The notes beneath the pieces are model-generated. The model saw nothing but the letters and a program-made list of their open reading frames with translations. It made no database searches and was not told where the DNA came from. The translations under genes and the position numbers were made by a program. From positions 1 to 8,177 of the forward strand of contig NW_021828441.1 in assembly GCF_006345805.1 (NCBI RefSeq): a DNA stretch of 8,177 nucleotides, written 5' to 3'. Origin of the DNA: Octopus sinensis. Its lineage: Eukaryota. Of the stretch, positions 7,268 to 8,177 are shown in pieces; position 1 is the stretch's first letter, and every line of letters begins with the position of its first letter.

Positions 7268-7343
7268 TAACGTGTTTAAACACCGCCAGTTGAAAACCGG
7301 TATGACCTCCTTTCTCCAACCCGATATAATATTTGGTTACGTA

Positions 7344-7367
7344 CGGGCCTTGTGCCTGGAGTAGAAA
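7344..7367 (+). mobile_element. 24-bp 3'-terminal fragment of SINE C1 (or of its partner LINE) flanked by an 18-bp TSD
   Basis: CGGGCCTTGTGCCTGGAGTAGAAA matches 4047-4070 at 20/24. Flanks ATAATATTTGGTTACGTA (7326-7343) and ATAATATTTGGCTATGTA (7368-7385) match at 16/18. Confidence 0.75.
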
Positions 7368-7671
7368 ATAATATTTGGCTATGTAAAAATGAATATTTCA
7401 TAAACTAGACAAAGAATGCAGTTTCTAAGTAAAATCTCTCACAGAGCTCCATAAAACGAAGTATTTTTGTTTTTAAAATTCAGCCAATCTACATAACATT
7501 ATGTTAATTTATATTGCTCTAAATTCTTGCTTCGGATAATGTCATTTAAAACAGAATTTTAAAAAAAATTGACATTATTCAGGGAAGATTATTAAACCAC
7601 GAACTGGGTTAATCGATTTTAATTCAGGAGAAATTTCCACCTTGGTATTTACATATATTCTATAACGTACA

Positions 7672-8084
7672 ACCACCACCACTACCACCATCACCACCAC
7701 CACCACCACCATCACCACCATCCATCGCCATCATCCATCGCCACCATCCACTTCGCCATATCATACGCCACCACTACCACCGCCACTACCACCACCACCA
7801 CCATCCACCACGATATAACCACCACCATCACCACCATCCACCACCATCACCGCCACCACCACCACCACCACCATCCACCACGACATAACCACCACCACCA
7901 ACAACCCCCACCCCCACCCCCACCACCATCACCGCCCCATCCACCGCCACCATCCATCGCCACCATCCACCTCTACCATCCATCGTCACCATCCACCACC
8001 ACCACCACCACCACCCTCTCCACAACCACCACCACCACCATCCATCACAAGCATCCACCGCCCCCCACTACGCCATACCACTAC
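7672..8084. repeat. Degenerate (CCA)n/(CCAT)n C-rich repeat tract
   Basis: Directly visible; includes a 39-bp block duplicated at 70-bp spacing (7788-7826 and 7858-7896) and C5-A-C5-A-C5 at 7905-7921. Confidence 0.93.
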
Positions 8085-8177
8085 TCCAAGACATAATATT
8101 ATTGATTAAATTCAGAAAAAAATAAATCATCATATTCGTTTTTGTAATATTTATCAATACTTTGTAATTTTTTACTT

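Larger units (their letters stand above)
4496..7324 (-). mobile_element. Nearly full-length non-functional mariner transposon, copy 2, interrupted by three SINE insertions
   Basis: Segments 4496-4557, 5033-5844, 6164-6486 and 7281-7324 sum to 1241 bp, with a 184-bp 5' UTR and a 74-bp 3' UTR around a transposase remnant. The ends are TTGGGTCGGA (4496-4505) and, reverse-complemented, TCGGGTTGGA (7324-7315), 8/10 identical, with TA at 7325-7326. The left TA reads AA and the TIRs match poorly beyond 10 bp, so exact termini are less certain. Confidence 0.88.

Noticed and set aside
7672-8084. Thr/Pro/His-rich mucin- or extensin-like frames on +, and ORF 7828-8058 on -
   Set aside because: These are translations of a degenerate (CCA)n repeat with frequent frame-shifting tetranucleotide interruptions and no supporting splice signals.

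Overview
Eukaryotic, AT-rich, repeat-dominated DNA, most plausibly intronic or intergenic. The tRNA-headed SINEs and dense TA/CA/TACA microsatellites look like those of octopus genomes; this is recognition from memory, not a database result. No intact protein-coding gene is present, and every supplied ORF is a microsatellite artefact, a SINE read-through or a transposase remnant. Main content: (1) a 5'-truncated mariner (1326-1782, -) ending at a 36-bp near-perfect palindrome; (2) a second, nearly full-length dead mariner (4496-7324, -; about 1.24 kb when reassembled) split by insertions of three different SINE families, two with clear target-site duplications (TSDs) and one a head-plus-four-unit tandem multimer; (3) further copies of the same three SINE families, with swapped 3' tails; (4) an unrecognised 460-bp module (3117-3579) combining a tRNA-like gene and Pol III terminator with direct and inverted repeats; (5) a 24-bp SINE-tail micro-insertion with an 18-bp TSD; (6) one plausible host exon at 155-261 (+).
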